Shown one piece after another: positions 1-9,701 of a stretch of DNA of 64,000 nt (within the stretch, counting starts at the first letter, position 1; each line of letters starts with the position of its first letter). The notes beneath the pieces were generated by a model. It was not told the DNA's origin and did not search any database. It worked only from the letters and a program-made list of their open reading frames with translations. The stretch is from contig CAVXXK010000006.1 in assembly GCA_963765675.1 (NCBI GenBank), forward strand, positions 96,001 to 160,000, given 5' to 3'. Origin of the DNA: an uncultured delta proteobacterium. GTDB taxonomy: Bacteria; Desulfobacterota; Binatia; Binatales; Binataceae. The position numbers and the translations under genes were made by a program.

Positions 1-734
1 CGGCGGCCGGCGGTTGGATCAGGCGCTGGAATCTCGAGCTTGGTCAGCAGATTGTTGACCTCGGCTTCAAACTCGGCGCGCATCTGTTCGTTGCTGCGGC
101 GCCTGAGTCCCATTTTCACGTAGTCGAACTGCCGCTTCGAGCCCGACTTGCCGAACATGTCGAGCCCGGCCGGATACCATTTGGCGAGATGCTTGATCAG
201 CAACGCGCGGCCGCGCTCGCCTTCCCGCTCGAGGTATCTGCGCATCAGCCGATAACCGAAAGCCGCGTGGCCGAGCTCTTCGCGGTAAACTCGCTCAGCG
301 ATTTTGGCGAGCGGATGATAGGAGCATCCTACCCATTCGTAGCCCATGTAGGCGCCCTGGCGGTCGGCGAAAAAGCTGAACAGCCCGTATTCGATCCAAT
401 CCTCGGCGCGGTCGCGCATCTCGAAGATATAGATCGGCATCGGCGTTGACATGAACGCGTCATCGACGACGACGCCGAGCTCGCCGAGCAGGCGCATCCA
501 GTAGCTCGCGTGGCGGACCTCGTCGGACCAGAACGCGGCGTACTCGGCTTTGTCCTCGGCGGTCGGCGCGAGCGCGAGCGGCTTGATGAGCGTGCGCTCA
601 GGCATCAGCATGTACTCGGATTCGATTCGCGACTGAATCGAGAGCATCCGGACGAGCAAGTCTTTGTAGTCGGGCGGCAGCGCGTCGGGGCCGTTGAATT
701 TCACGGGTTCGCCGGTTTCGGTCTGGTGTTCCAA
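1..734 (-). CDS. Ferritin-like diiron protein, PaaA/PaaC (phenylacetyl-CoA epoxidase-like) family; runs off the window edge
   Basis: Translated by hand because it is absent from the ORF track. TTG start at 734 after GAGGA; MEHQTETGEPVKFNGPDALPPDYKDLLVRML...; two ExxH motifs (DEVRH, EELGH); PaaA-like C-terminal KWYPAGLDMFGKSGS...GLRRRSNEQMR. Confidence 0.8.
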   Translation of the reverse strand, partial: MEHQTETGEPVKFNGPDALPPDYKDLLVRMLSIQSRIESEYMLMPERTLIKPLALAPTAEDKAEYAAFWSDEVRHASYWMRLLGELGVVVDDAFMSTPMPIYIFEMRDRAEDWIEYGLFSFFADRQGAYMGYEWVGCSYHPLAKIAERVYREELGHAAFGYRLMRRYLEREGERGRALLIKHLAKWYPAGLDMFGKSGSKRQFDYVKMGLRRRSNEQMRAEFEAEVNNLLTKLEIPAPDPTAGR

Positions 735-818
735 CGTCTATCCTCGCGGCTTTGGCCTAACGATCTGTTCTGAACGCTAGTTCAGTAAAGCATCGGAAGA
801 CGAAACTGACAAGCGCGT

Positions 819-1583
819 CTATCCCGCCATCGTGAGGCCGCCGCTGATGCTGATCACTTGGCCGGTCGCGTAGTCCGAATCGGACGAGGCGAAGAACGCG
901 ACCGCGCCGGCGAGGTCTTCCGGCTTGCCGAGGCGGCGAAACGGGATTCCGCGCGCCATCGCTTCGAGCACGCCCTCGCGCCCCGCCATCGCGTCGCGCA
1001 ACAGCGCGGTTTCGGTCGGTCCGGGGCACACGACGTTGACGTTGATATGGTAGCGCGCGAGCTCGCGCGCAATGGTTTTCGAGAATCCGATAATCGCCGC
1101 CTTGCATCCGGCGTAGACCGCCTCGCCGGTCGAGCCGACACGTCCGGCGTCGGACGAGATCGAAACGATCTTGCCGGAGCCGCGCGCCTTCATCCGTGGC
1201 GCGATCGCGCGGCAGCAATTCAGCGCGCCGCGATAGTTGATCGCGATAATCTTGTCCCAGGTCTCGGGCACGCTTTCGATAAACGGCTCGAGCTTGTCCC
1301 ATCCGGCGTTGTTCACGAGGATGTCGATCGGCCCGAGTTCGCGCTCGACGCGCGTGGCGGCGGCCTCCGCGTCTTCGAACTTCGTCACGTCGAGCTTGAC
1401 CGCGATCGCCTTCGCGCCGAGGGCGCGCAATTCCGCGGCGGTGCGTTCTGCCGCTTCGGTCTGGATATCGGCAATCGCGACGGCGGCGCCTTCATCAGCA
1501 AGACGCGTGGCGATTGCGCGGCCGATCCCCTGCGCCGCTCCGGTGACAATCGCGATTTTTCCCGCGAGCCGTTGTGATGCCAT
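819..1583 (-). CDS. SDR oxidoreductase, BadH (2-hydroxycyclohexanecarboxyl-CoA dehydrogenase)-like
   Basis: TGAAQGIG, NNAGWD, SSDAGRVGSTGEAVYAGCK (YxxxK), GQVISISGGLTM. Confidence 0.85.
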   Translation of the reverse strand: MASQRLAGKIAIVTGAAQGIGRAIATRLADEGAAVAIADIQTEAAERTAAELRALGAKAIAVKLDVTKFEDAEAAATRVERELGPIDILVNNAGWDKLEPFIESVPETWDKIIAINYRGALNCCRAIAPRMKARGSGKIVSISSDAGRVGSTGEAVYAGCKAAIIGFSKTIARELARYHINVNVVCPGPTETALLRDAMAGREGVLEAMARGIPFRRLGKPEDLAGAVAFFASSDSDYATGQVISISGGLTMAG

Positions 1584-1598
1584 CGCGAACCTCCCGCG

Positions 1599-2355
1599 CT
1601 AGCGCGCGACCCATCCGCCGTCGATTATGAACGGCGCGCCGGTTGCGAAAGTCGCGTCGTCGCTGGCGAGGAACAGCGCGGTGCGCGCGATTTCGTCGGG
1701 CGATCCGATTCTGCCCGAGCAGCGAGAGGCGGTTATTGTCCTGCGCGGTCACACCGCCTTCCGCGGACACCCGCTTAACCATCGGCGTGTCGATCACGCC
1801 CGGGCAGATGCAGTTGGCGCGGATATTGTAGCGTGCGTATTCGAGCGCGGCGACGCGAGTCAGCGAGATGACGCCGGCTTTGGCCGCACAGTACGCCGCC
1901 GCGCCTTTGATCGCGACGATTCCCGCGACCGATGCGGTGTTGATGATCGATCCTCCGCCGCGCTTAATCAGATGCGGCAGCGCGTACTTCATCCCGAGCC
2001 ACACGCCGCGCAGGTTGATCGCGATCACGCGGTCGAAACCCTCTTCGCTGAGCTGGGCCATGAAGCCGCCTTCGCCCTCGATACCCGCGTTGTTGTAGTT
2101 GATGTCCAGCCCGCCGAAGTGGCGCACAGTCTCGTCGGCCATCGCGCGCGCGTCTTCGGAATTCGACACGTCGGCGCGCATCGCGAATGCCTGGCCTCCG
2201 GCGCTGGTGATCGCGGCCACGGTCTCTTTTGCCGCGGCTTCGTTGACGTCGATAACTGCGACTTTGGCGCCCTCGCGCGCGAACAGCGTTGCGGCCGCGC
2301 GGCCCATGCCTGATCCAGCGCCGGTTATCAGCGCAACTTTGCCTGCAAGTCTCAT
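1599..2355 (-). CDS. SDR oxidoreductase with an apparent +1 frameshift near 1714-1716
   Basis: TGAGSGMG, NNAG, YCAAK. Removing one base restores [40 protein letters not shown] (TAG at 1599-1601). Confidence 0.85.
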
Positions 2356-2483
2356 CGTAATTCTCCCGCGTGATTCGATCCGTTATCACGGCGAACCATA
2401 CCGCATTCGGCGCCGCGCGCGTTAGCGCGATTTACAAACCGCCGCCGGTGATGCTACCCGACGAAGCGAAGGAGCATCATCTG

Positions 2484-3300
2484 ATGAATTTCGCTATGAA
2501 CTTCGAGGGCAAGGTCGGAATCGTAACCGGAGCGGGCTCGGGCATCGGACGCGCGACCGCGCTCGGATTCGCGGCGCGCGGCGGAACCATCGTAGTCGCC
2601 GACATCAACACGGAAAACGCAACTCACGTTGCCGAAGCGATCGCGGCGCAAAGCGGCAAGGCGCTCGCGATGACGGTCGATGTCACCAAACCCGCGGATA
2701 TCGATCGCATGGTCGCGGAGACCAAAGCGGCTTTCGGGCGAATCGATTTCCTGCACAACAACGCGTTCGGGCTGCCTGCCTCCGCGAGCACCAGCACCGA
2801 GGCGTCGGGAAGGCTCGCCGACGTGGAAGAGGGCGTGTGGAGCTACATGATCGACGTTGGGCTGACAGCGGTGTGGCGCGCGATGAAGCGCGTGCTGCCG
2901 ATCATGCGCGCGCAAGGCTCTGGCGCGATCGTCAACACGGCGTCAATCTCGGGACAGCGCGCCGACTACGGAATCGCGGCGTACAACGCGGCCAAGGCGG
3001 GCGTCATCAATCTCACGCGGGTCGGCGCGATCGAGTACGCGCGCGACGGCGTGCGCGTCAATTGCATCTGCCCCGGCGCGATTCACACGCCGCTGTTGCA
3101 GCCGGCGCTCGAAATGCCGGGATTCGCCGATCGTTTCCGCGAGGCGATTCCGATGGGCCGGCTCGGCAAGCCCGAGGAGATGGCGAACGTGGTGCTGTTC
3201 CTCGCGTCGGATCTGGCGTCGTTCGTGACCGGAGCGGCAGTAGTTGCCGACGGCGGCCAGACCGCCAAGACCGGAAGTCCCGTCGTTCATGCCGGAGTAG
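2484..3300 (+). CDS. SDR oxidoreductase with an apparent +1 frameshift near 3279-3281
   Basis: AAGGAG RBS before ATG 2484; TGAGSGIG, YNAAK, DGG. Removing one C gives ...KTGSPSFMPE* and removes a 190-nt overlap with the convergent gene. Confidence 0.85.
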
Positions 3301-4144
3301 CGCGATGCCGCGTCATCAGCGCGTTGGCGTCGGGATGCGAAATCACGCCTTCGACGAAGGAATTGTATGTTCCATGCTCGAAGAGTTCTTTGGCGACCTT
3401 GCGCGTGGTCGTGATCGCGGCGCGAGCCGGTCCACCGCCGACGCTCACGCGGGCGACGCCGAGCTTTTCAAGCTCCTGAACTGGTGGCGAGCCGGGCCCG
3501 GCGAGAATATTCATCGGTCCTGTCAGTGCCGCGGCGAGTTTGCCGATAACTGCAGTGTCGCGGACGCCTGGCACGAACAGGGAATCCGCACCGGCCGCGC
3601 GATAGGCGTTGGCGCGGCGTACGGCGTCGTTGAAGCGCGCGTCGCGGTCGCCGATACCGTGCAGGTAGACGTCGGTGCGAGCGTTGATCACGATCGGCAC
3701 GCCGGCGGCCTGCGCGGCCTCGCGCGCGGCGCGAACTCGCGCCACCGAGGTCTCGAGATCGAGGATCGGCGCGCCGCGATTGATCATCGAGTCTTCCAGG
3801 TTGATCCCGATCGCCCCCGCCTCAATCACCAGCCTGATCGTCTCCTTGAGCGTCGTGAGGTCGTCCGCGTAGCCGGACTCGATATCCGCGGTGACTGGAA
3901 CTTGCACGCTGCGTGCGACTACGCCGATCATGAAGAGCATCTCGCTGCGCGGGATCATCTGGCCGTCGGGATAGCCGAGAGAGTTGGCGACGCCGGAGCT
4001 GGTAGTGGCGATCGCTTTGAATCCCGCCTCCTCGAAGACCAGCGCGCTGGCGGCGTCCCACGCGTTGGGCAACACGAGGATGCGCGAGCGATCGTGCATC
4101 GCGCGAAATGCTTCGGCTTTGGCGGCTTGTTCGGTGCGGTTCAT
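3287..4144 (-). CDS. Isocitrate lyase/PEP mutase family protein
   Basis: LPNAWDAASA, ATTSSGVA, ADIESGY, GINLED, INARTDVYL, AGADSLFVPG. Confidence 0.9.
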   Translation of the reverse strand: MNRTEQAAKAEAFRAMHDRSRILVLPNAWDAASALVFEEAGFKAIATTSSGVANSLGYPDGQMIPRSEMLFMIGVVARSVQVPVTADIESGYADDLTTLKETIRLVIEAGAIGINLEDSMINRGAPILDLETSVARVRAAREAAQAAGVPIVINARTDVYLHGIGDRDARFNDAVRRANAYRAAGADSLFVPGVRDTAVIGKLAAALTGPMNILAGPGSPPVQELEKLGVARVSVGGGPARAAITTTRKVAKELFEHGTYNSFVEGVISHPDANALMTRHRATPA

Positions 4145-4221
4145 TGATTTTCTCCCTGACCATTTTCCTGTTTCGGCTGCGATGGATTAAACCCCGTTGC
4201 GCCGAATATGTGAAACGGCGG

Positions 4222-7200
4222 TCAGTGGAAATCGTGCGATGGCGGCGTCGCGCCGGAGAGTTTGATCTCGGCGAATTTGTGCGCGCGGATCGCGGTCACG
4301 CCGTCGACTCTCTGCAAGACACCTTCAGCTTGCAGGATTTGTGCGCTGATAAGCAAAAGCCGATTAGCCTGAAACAGGTTGGGAGTGACGATCAGATTGG
4401 AGATTCCGGTTTCGTCCTCCAGCGTGATGAACAGAAATCCCTTCGCAGTGCCGGGACGCTGGCGCACGATCACAACGCCCGCCGTTTTTACGATCGAGCC
4501 GTGCCGCAGATGCTGCAACTTCGCTGCGCTGAGCACGCGCTGCGCGTCCAGGTCCTCACGCAGATAGCTCATCGGATGCGGTCCGGTCGTGAGGCTGGTC
4601 GCGGCATAGTCGGCGAGGGTCTGCTCGATCGGCGCCATTTCCGGGAGCGGCGCTTTGACCGCCTTGGGCCTCGCGCGTGAGAGCAGGCTCGAGGGATCGC
4701 GCTCGACCGCGGCGGCGTTCCATATCGCGTCGCGCCGCGTCATCTCGAAGGCGGCAAACGCGCCCGCGTATGCGAGCGCGTCGAGCTCGCGGCGATTAGG
4801 GCCGACGCGCGCGGTGAAATCGGCAATCGAATCGAACGGACGGCGGCTGCGTTCGTGCTCGATGCGCGATCCGGTCTCCTCGCGCAGCCCCGTCACATAC
4901 CGCAACCCCATCCGCAGGCAGAGTTCCGATCCCTCTTCCTGTAAGGGAGGTGCCACTGGCACGCGGCCAGGTGAGGGTCCTTCCAGTGCGCAGCGCACCG
5001 CCGTGCCCGATCCCTCGCCCTGAAAGGGAGAGGTTAGGTGAGGGTCCTTATTCAGCGCGGAGCGTAGCGGAGCGCGATTAAAATTCTGGTCAGAGTTTTT
5101 TCTTATTCCCTCCCCGATGCGGGGAGGGTGGCAGGCATCGCCCGTCGGGAGAGGTCGCTCTGGATGACTGGTGATTGTGGTCGTATCGGATCGACCTAAC
5201 CCCTGACCCCTTCCCGCACGGGAAGGGGAATTATCTAGCGATGTGATCGGTGGTTCGCCCTCACCCACGCGGCGTATCGTCGCGTTGCCCTCTCCCGGGG
5301 GGAGAGGGAATACATGTGCCGCCGCGTCGCCTTTTCCAGGAGGGAGAGGAATTACATGCGGCGGTATGCGCCGCGTGCGCTCGATTGTGCATTTCCAGTT
5401 CGAGCGGGTTACATCGATCGGCAGGACGGTCATGCCGCCCCGCTGCGCATCCTTTACCAGCACCGACGGATGGTAAAAGCCCATCGGCCAGCAATTGAGT
5501 ATCGCGGCGAAGAATGCTGCCGGATGATAATACTTCAAATAGGCCGACGCGTAGGCGATCAGCGCGAAGCTCGCGGCGTGCGACTCCGGAAAGCCGTAGA
5601 GCGCGAATGACGAAATCGAAAGCGCGATTTCGTCGGCAACCCTGCCCGTGATTCCATTGCGCGCCATCCCGCTGCGCAGCCGCGCCTCGATTTTCTCCAT
5701 CCTCTCGGCCGAGCGCTTGAACCCCATCGCGCGGCGCAGCTCCTCGGCCTCGCCGCCGGTGAAGCCGCCGACCGTCATCGCGATCCGCAGCAGTTGCTCC
5801 TGGAACAGCGGGACGCCGAGCGTCCGCTTCAGGATCGGCTCAAGGGAAGGATGCGCGTAGATTACCGGCGCGCGTTTGTTGCGCCGATCGAGATACGGAT
5901 TCATCATCTTGCCGACGATCGGGCCCGGCCGGATGATCGCGACCTCGACCACCAGATCGTAGAATTCCTTCGGCTTCATCCGCGGCAGCGTCGCCATCTG
6001 CGCGCGGCTCTCGACCTGGAACACGCCGACGGTGTCGGCCCGCCGCAGCATCGCATAGACGCCGGGATCGTCGGGCGGCAGATGCGCGAGGTCGATCTCG
6101 ACGCCCTCGTGCTCGCGAACCATCGGGATAGTCTCTTCGAGCACCGCGAGCATCCCGAGCCCGAGCAGATCGATCTTGATAATTCCCAGATCGGCGCAAT
6201 CGTCCTTGTCCCACTGCACCACCACGCGCCCCGGCATCGCGGCCGGCTCGAGCGGGACGATCTCGTCGAGCGGCGTCGCGCCGATCACCATGCCGCCGCT
6301 ATGCTGTCCAAGATGGCGCGGGATGCTCTTAATCCGCCGCACCAGATCGACCAGCATCTTGATCCGCGGCGATTCCGCATCGATGCCGCCGCGTTTGAAC
6401 AGAGCGACGAGATCATCGTAATGGTCGCGGAACTCGTAGACCTGGTTGAGCTTGGCCAGCCGATCGACTTGTTCCGGAGAAAATCCCAGCGCCTTGCTGA
6501 CCTCGCGCACCGCGCTCTTGGTGCGATAGGTGATCACGTTCGCGGTCATCGCGGCGCCGTGTTCGCCGTAACGGCGATAGACGTACTGGATGACTTTTTC
6601 GCGCTGATCGCCGCTGGGCAGATCGAGATCGATATCCGGCCATTCGCCGCGCTCTTCGGATAGAAAGCGCTCGAACAGCAGCTTCATCTTGACCGCATCG
6701 ATAGCCGTGATTCCCAGCGCGTAGCACACGGCGCTGTTCGCCGCCGAGCCGCGTCCCTGCGCCATGATCGCGTTCTCGCGGCAGAACTGGACGATATCCC
6801 AGACGATAAGGAAATAGCCGGCGAGCTTCAGCCTTTCGATCATCCCGAGCTCGTGCTCGAGCTGGTGGCGCGTGCGCTCATCGAGGCTCGCGCCCCATCG
6901 GTCGCGCGCGCCTTTGTAGGTGAGTATCCGCAAATAGCTGTCGGAGGTCTCGCCCGGCGGAACCGGATAGCTGGGAAAACGATAGCCCATGTCGGACAGC
7001 GTGAAGGCGCATCGCTCCGCGATCGTGCGGGTGGCGGCGACCGCGTCCGGCAGGTCGCGGAACATCGCGGCCATCTCCGCGGGCGGCTTCAGATGGCGCT
7101 GATTGTTGACCCACAGCGCGCGGCCCGCTTCTTCGAGCGTGGTCTTGAGCCGGATACAGGTGAGGACATCGAGCAGCCGGCGATCGGCGCCGCCGTGGCA

Positions 7201-7788
7201 TACGTCGTTGGTCGCGACGATCGGAAGATGCGCGGCGTCGGCGAGCGCGGCTAGCTTGCGGTTCAGCCGCTCTTCATCGGGGTCGAGATGGCGCTGCAGA
7301 TCGACATAAAAATTTTTCCCGCCGAAGATCCCTTCCAGCCGATCGCAAAGCGGACGCGGGTCTTCTCCTCGAATGAGCATTCGCGAGAGTGGGCTCATCG
7401 TGCCGCCGCCCAGGCAGATCATCCCGCGCCCGTGGCGTTCCAGATCATCCAGCGTGATTCGTCCGGCGCCCTTTGCGGCGCGCAGCTTCGAGCCGGTGAT
7501 CATCCGGCAGAGATTTTTGTAGCGCTCGCGATCCGGAATCAATACGTAGAGACGCGAATCGTCATCGAGGGTCAGTTCAGCGCCGACTATCGGTTTGATT
7601 CGGGCGTCCTTGGCCGCCTGATGGAATCGCGGCGCGCCGTAGAGTCCGTCGCGATCGCCCAGCGCGATCGCGCGGTAGCCAAGCTCAGCCGCCTGCGTGG
7701 CGAGATCCTCGGGCGTCGACGCGCCTTCGAGAAAGCTGAAAGCACTGCGCGCGCGCAATTCGATATAGTCAGTTGAATAGTCAGTCAT
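4222..7788 (-). CDS. dnaE2: Error-prone DNA polymerase DnaE2 (ImuC) with an in-frame palindromic-repeat insertion of about 150 aa
   Basis: Degenerate PHP (ELRARSAFSFLEGAS), GRGSAANS, PDIDLD, RHLGQHSGG, YGFPESHAASFA, RQRPGTAKG OB fold, C-terminal SHDFH. ATG 7788 overlaps the imuB stop (ATGACTGA). Confidence 0.95.
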   Translation of the reverse strand: MTDYSTDYIELRARSAFSFLEGASTPEDLATQAAELGYRAIALGDRDGLYGAPRFHQAAKDARIKPIVGAELTLDDDSRLYVLIPDRERYKNLCRMITGSKLRAAKGAGRITLDDLERHGRGMICLGGGTMSPLSRMLIRGEDPRPLCDRLEGIFGGKNFYVDLQRHLDPDEERLNRKLAALADAAHLPIVATNDVCHGGADRRLLDVLTCIRLKTTLEEAGRALWVNNQRHLKPPAEMAAMFRDLPDAVAATRTIAERCAFTLSDMGYRFPSYPVPPGETSDSYLRILTYKGARDRWGASLDERTRHQLEHELGMIERLKLAGYFLIVWDIVQFCRENAIMAQGRGSAANSAVCYALGITAIDAVKMKLLFERFLSEERGEWPDIDLDLPSGDQREKVIQYVYRRYGEHGAAMTANVITYRTKSAVREVSKALGFSPEQVDRLAKLNQVYEFRDHYDDLVALFKRGGIDAESPRIKMLVDLVRRIKSIPRHLGQHSGGMVIGATPLDEIVPLEPAAMPGRVVVQWDKDDCADLGIIKIDLLGLGMLAVLEETIPMVREHEGVEIDLAHLPPDDPGVYAMLRRADTVGVFQVESRAQMATLPRMKPKEFYDLVVEVAIIRPGPIVGKMMNPYLDRRNKRAPVIYAHPSLEPILKRTLGVPLFQEQLLRIAMTVGGFTGGEAEELRRAMGFKRSAERMEKIEARLRSGMARNGITGRVADEIALSISSFALYGFPESHAASFALIAYASAYLKYYHPAAFFAAILNCWPMGFYHPSVLVKDAQRGGMTVLPIDVTRSNWKCTIERTRRIPPHVIPLPPGKGDAAAHVFPLPPGEGNATIRRVGEGEPPITSLDNSPSRAGRGQGLGRSDTTTITSHPERPLPTGDACHPPRIGEGIRKNSDQNFNRAPLRSALNKDPHLTSPFQGEGSGTAVRCALEGPSPGRVPVAPPLQEEGSELCLRMGLRYVTGLREETGSRIEHERSRRPFDSIADFTARVGPNRRELDALAYAGAFAAFEMTRRDAIWNAAAVERDPSSLLSRARPKAVKAPLPEMAPIEQTLADYAATSLTTGPHPMSYLREDLDAQRVLSAAKLQHLRHGSIVKTAGVVIVRQRPGTAKGFLFITLEDETGISNLIVTPNLFQANRLLLISAQILQAEGVLQRVDGVTAIRAHKFAEIKLSGATPPSHDFH
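4924..5379. repeat. Composite palindromic REP-like element, copy 1, in frame inside dnaE2
   Basis: Hairpin modules CCCTCGCCCTGAAAGGGAGAGG, CCCTCCCCGATGCGGGGAGGG, CCCCTTCCCGCACGGGAAGGGG and CCCTCTCCCGGGGGGAGAGGG, lying between the host motifs WKCTIE and LRMGLRYV. Confidence 0.9.
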
Positions 7789-9689
7789 AAACGCCATCGA
7801 GAAACCATCGCTCCGAGTCAAGATCCCGGAACACGCGGTAAACGCCGCCATCGTCAAGTGCCAGCTCATAGTAATCGCGCAGAAACCCATGCGATCCCTC
7901 TCCCGATTCTGATCCCTCTCCCTGTAAGGGAGAGGCCAGGTGAGGGACCTTATTCAGCGCGGAGCAAAGCGGAGCGCGACTAAAATTCTGATCGGTGTTT
8001 TTTCTGATTCCCTCCCCGATGCGGGGAGGGTGGCGGGCATCGCCCGCCAGGAGAGGTCGTTCTGGACGACTGGTTATGGTGGTCGTATCGGATCGACTTA
8101 ACCCCTGACCCCTCAGAGCAGCACCCTCACCCACGCGCTGCGCGCGTATCCCTCTCCCGGCGGGAGAGGGTTGTTCGGTACGCGCTACGCGCGACTCTGG
8201 GGAAGGGGAACTGTGATTGGACACAATCGGCGGTTCGCCCTCACCCACGCGGCGTACCGCCGCGTTGCCCCCTCCCGGGGGGAGAGGGTATTTCAATGGC
8301 TGCGCGTTACTTGAATTCGTCTTCCACCATTCGCCGTCGCGGCGCCATGGGCCGGCAATCGAGACTACGCGCGCGCCCAGGTTGGGGCCGCGCACGAACT
8401 CGGGCCCTCCGCGCGATTGCATCACCTCGATTTCGAGCGCGGGCCTGAGCGCGCGGATCACAAGCTGCGCGACCGGTTTGCCGCATGCGCCGTTCTCGTC
8501 TGGATGCGGTGGCGGCGGATCGAACGGCTCGATGCGCATGGCCTCCGGACGATACGAATTCTCCGCGCTTAGCGCGCCCACGTTGCCGGGGCCGCATAAT
8601 GCCGCGAGCCGCGCGATCGTGGCCGCGAGCTTATCCGGCGCCGGCGCGGGCGGCAGGAACATGTCGGATTGTGCGGGACGCGGCGCGCGCGGCGTGACTT
8701 CCAGCCGAACGGTCTCGACGGCGGCCTCGGGCGGTGCGGCTTCGAGCGCAAGGTTGATGAGCGTCAGGATCGCACGCACGTCGCAGGTGGGCGCGGTGAT
8801 CGCCACGCGGCGGCTCGCTATTCGATGGTCCTCGAGTCCGAGCACGAGCATCGCATCGCCCGCGGCAAATCCGCGCAGATGAAGGCGCGCGACGATCCGT
8901 TCGAGGACTCCGCGGATCACGAAGCCCAGCGGCTCGAGATTGTCGATCGCGTAGTCGAGTTCGGCGGCCTCGGCAAAAATTTCCGCGCGCCGCCGCGCCA
9001 CGATCGGCCGCGAGCTCCCGCCCCGCGCAAGGCGCACCAGCTCGACGCCGCGGCGTCCGAGCCTGCTGCCAATCGCGTCCGGGTCCAGGCGCGCCAAATC
9101 GCCGAGCCGGCGCATCCCCCAGCGCGAAAACGTGGCCTCGAGCTCCGCGCCGGGATCGAGCATCTCGAGCGGCAGCCAATCGACGAACTCGCGCTCGCGT
9201 CCGGCATCGATCACCCGAACGCCGCCGCATCGCGCCGCCATCGCGGCAATCTCGCGGCTTGCGCCGACTCCGACCGCGGCTTCCATCCCGAGCTTGCGCA
9301 CGCGCCGCTGAAGCTCGATCGCGAGTTCGTCTTCGCTGGTGAAAATCCGCCCCAGGCCCGCGAGGTCGAGCCATACGCATCCGGGATGCGCCCGGCTCGA
9401 CGATCGGCGAGATCGATTCCGCGGCGTCGGCGAGCGCCTGATGCGCTGAATTCTCGGCGGCGGGCGCAGGCGCATTTACGATCAGCCTGGAGCAGATGGC
9501 GCGCGCCTGTGCCAGCGTCATCCCGGCGCGGATTCCCAGCGCGCGCGCGTCAGCGGAGACGGCATCAATCTCGGCGTGAGCGGCGGAGTTTGCGGCGATC
9601 GCGAGAGCGGCGCCTTCGAGAGCGGGATTAGCGCGCACGATCGCGGCGATCGGAAAATCGGGAACCAGGATGCATGCGATACGCGCCAT
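7781..9689 (-). CDS. imuB: ImuB, inactive Y-family polymerase, with an apparent +1 frameshift near 9383-9385 and an in-frame repeat insertion of about 145 aa
   Basis: N-terminal MARIACILVPDFPI...GIRAGMTLAQARA lacking catalytic acids (ORF 8631..9689), continuing in ORF 7781..9475 (WGMRRLGDLARL, GPWRRDGEWW...RDYY...WFLDGVYD); located between imuA and dnaE2. Confidence 0.9.
7886..8323. repeat. Composite palindromic REP-like element, copy 2, in frame inside imuB
   Basis: Same modules as 4924-5379; separates EWW from FLRDYY. Confidence 0.9.
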
Positions 9690-9701
9690 GATACATCCCC
9701 G

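Noticed and set aside
4924-5379. Intein in DnaE2
   Set aside because: There is no C-terminal His-Asn followed by Cys/Ser/Thr and no Hint or LAGLIDADG motif. The nearby Cys belongs to the host CTIE motif, and the insert is explained by DNA palindromes shared with imuA, imuB and intergenic copies.
7781-9689. imuB pseudogene or programmed frameshift
   Set aside because: The same +1 signature occurs in six unrelated genes, including ilvB and E2, and I saw no slippery heptamer, so an artefact is more likely.
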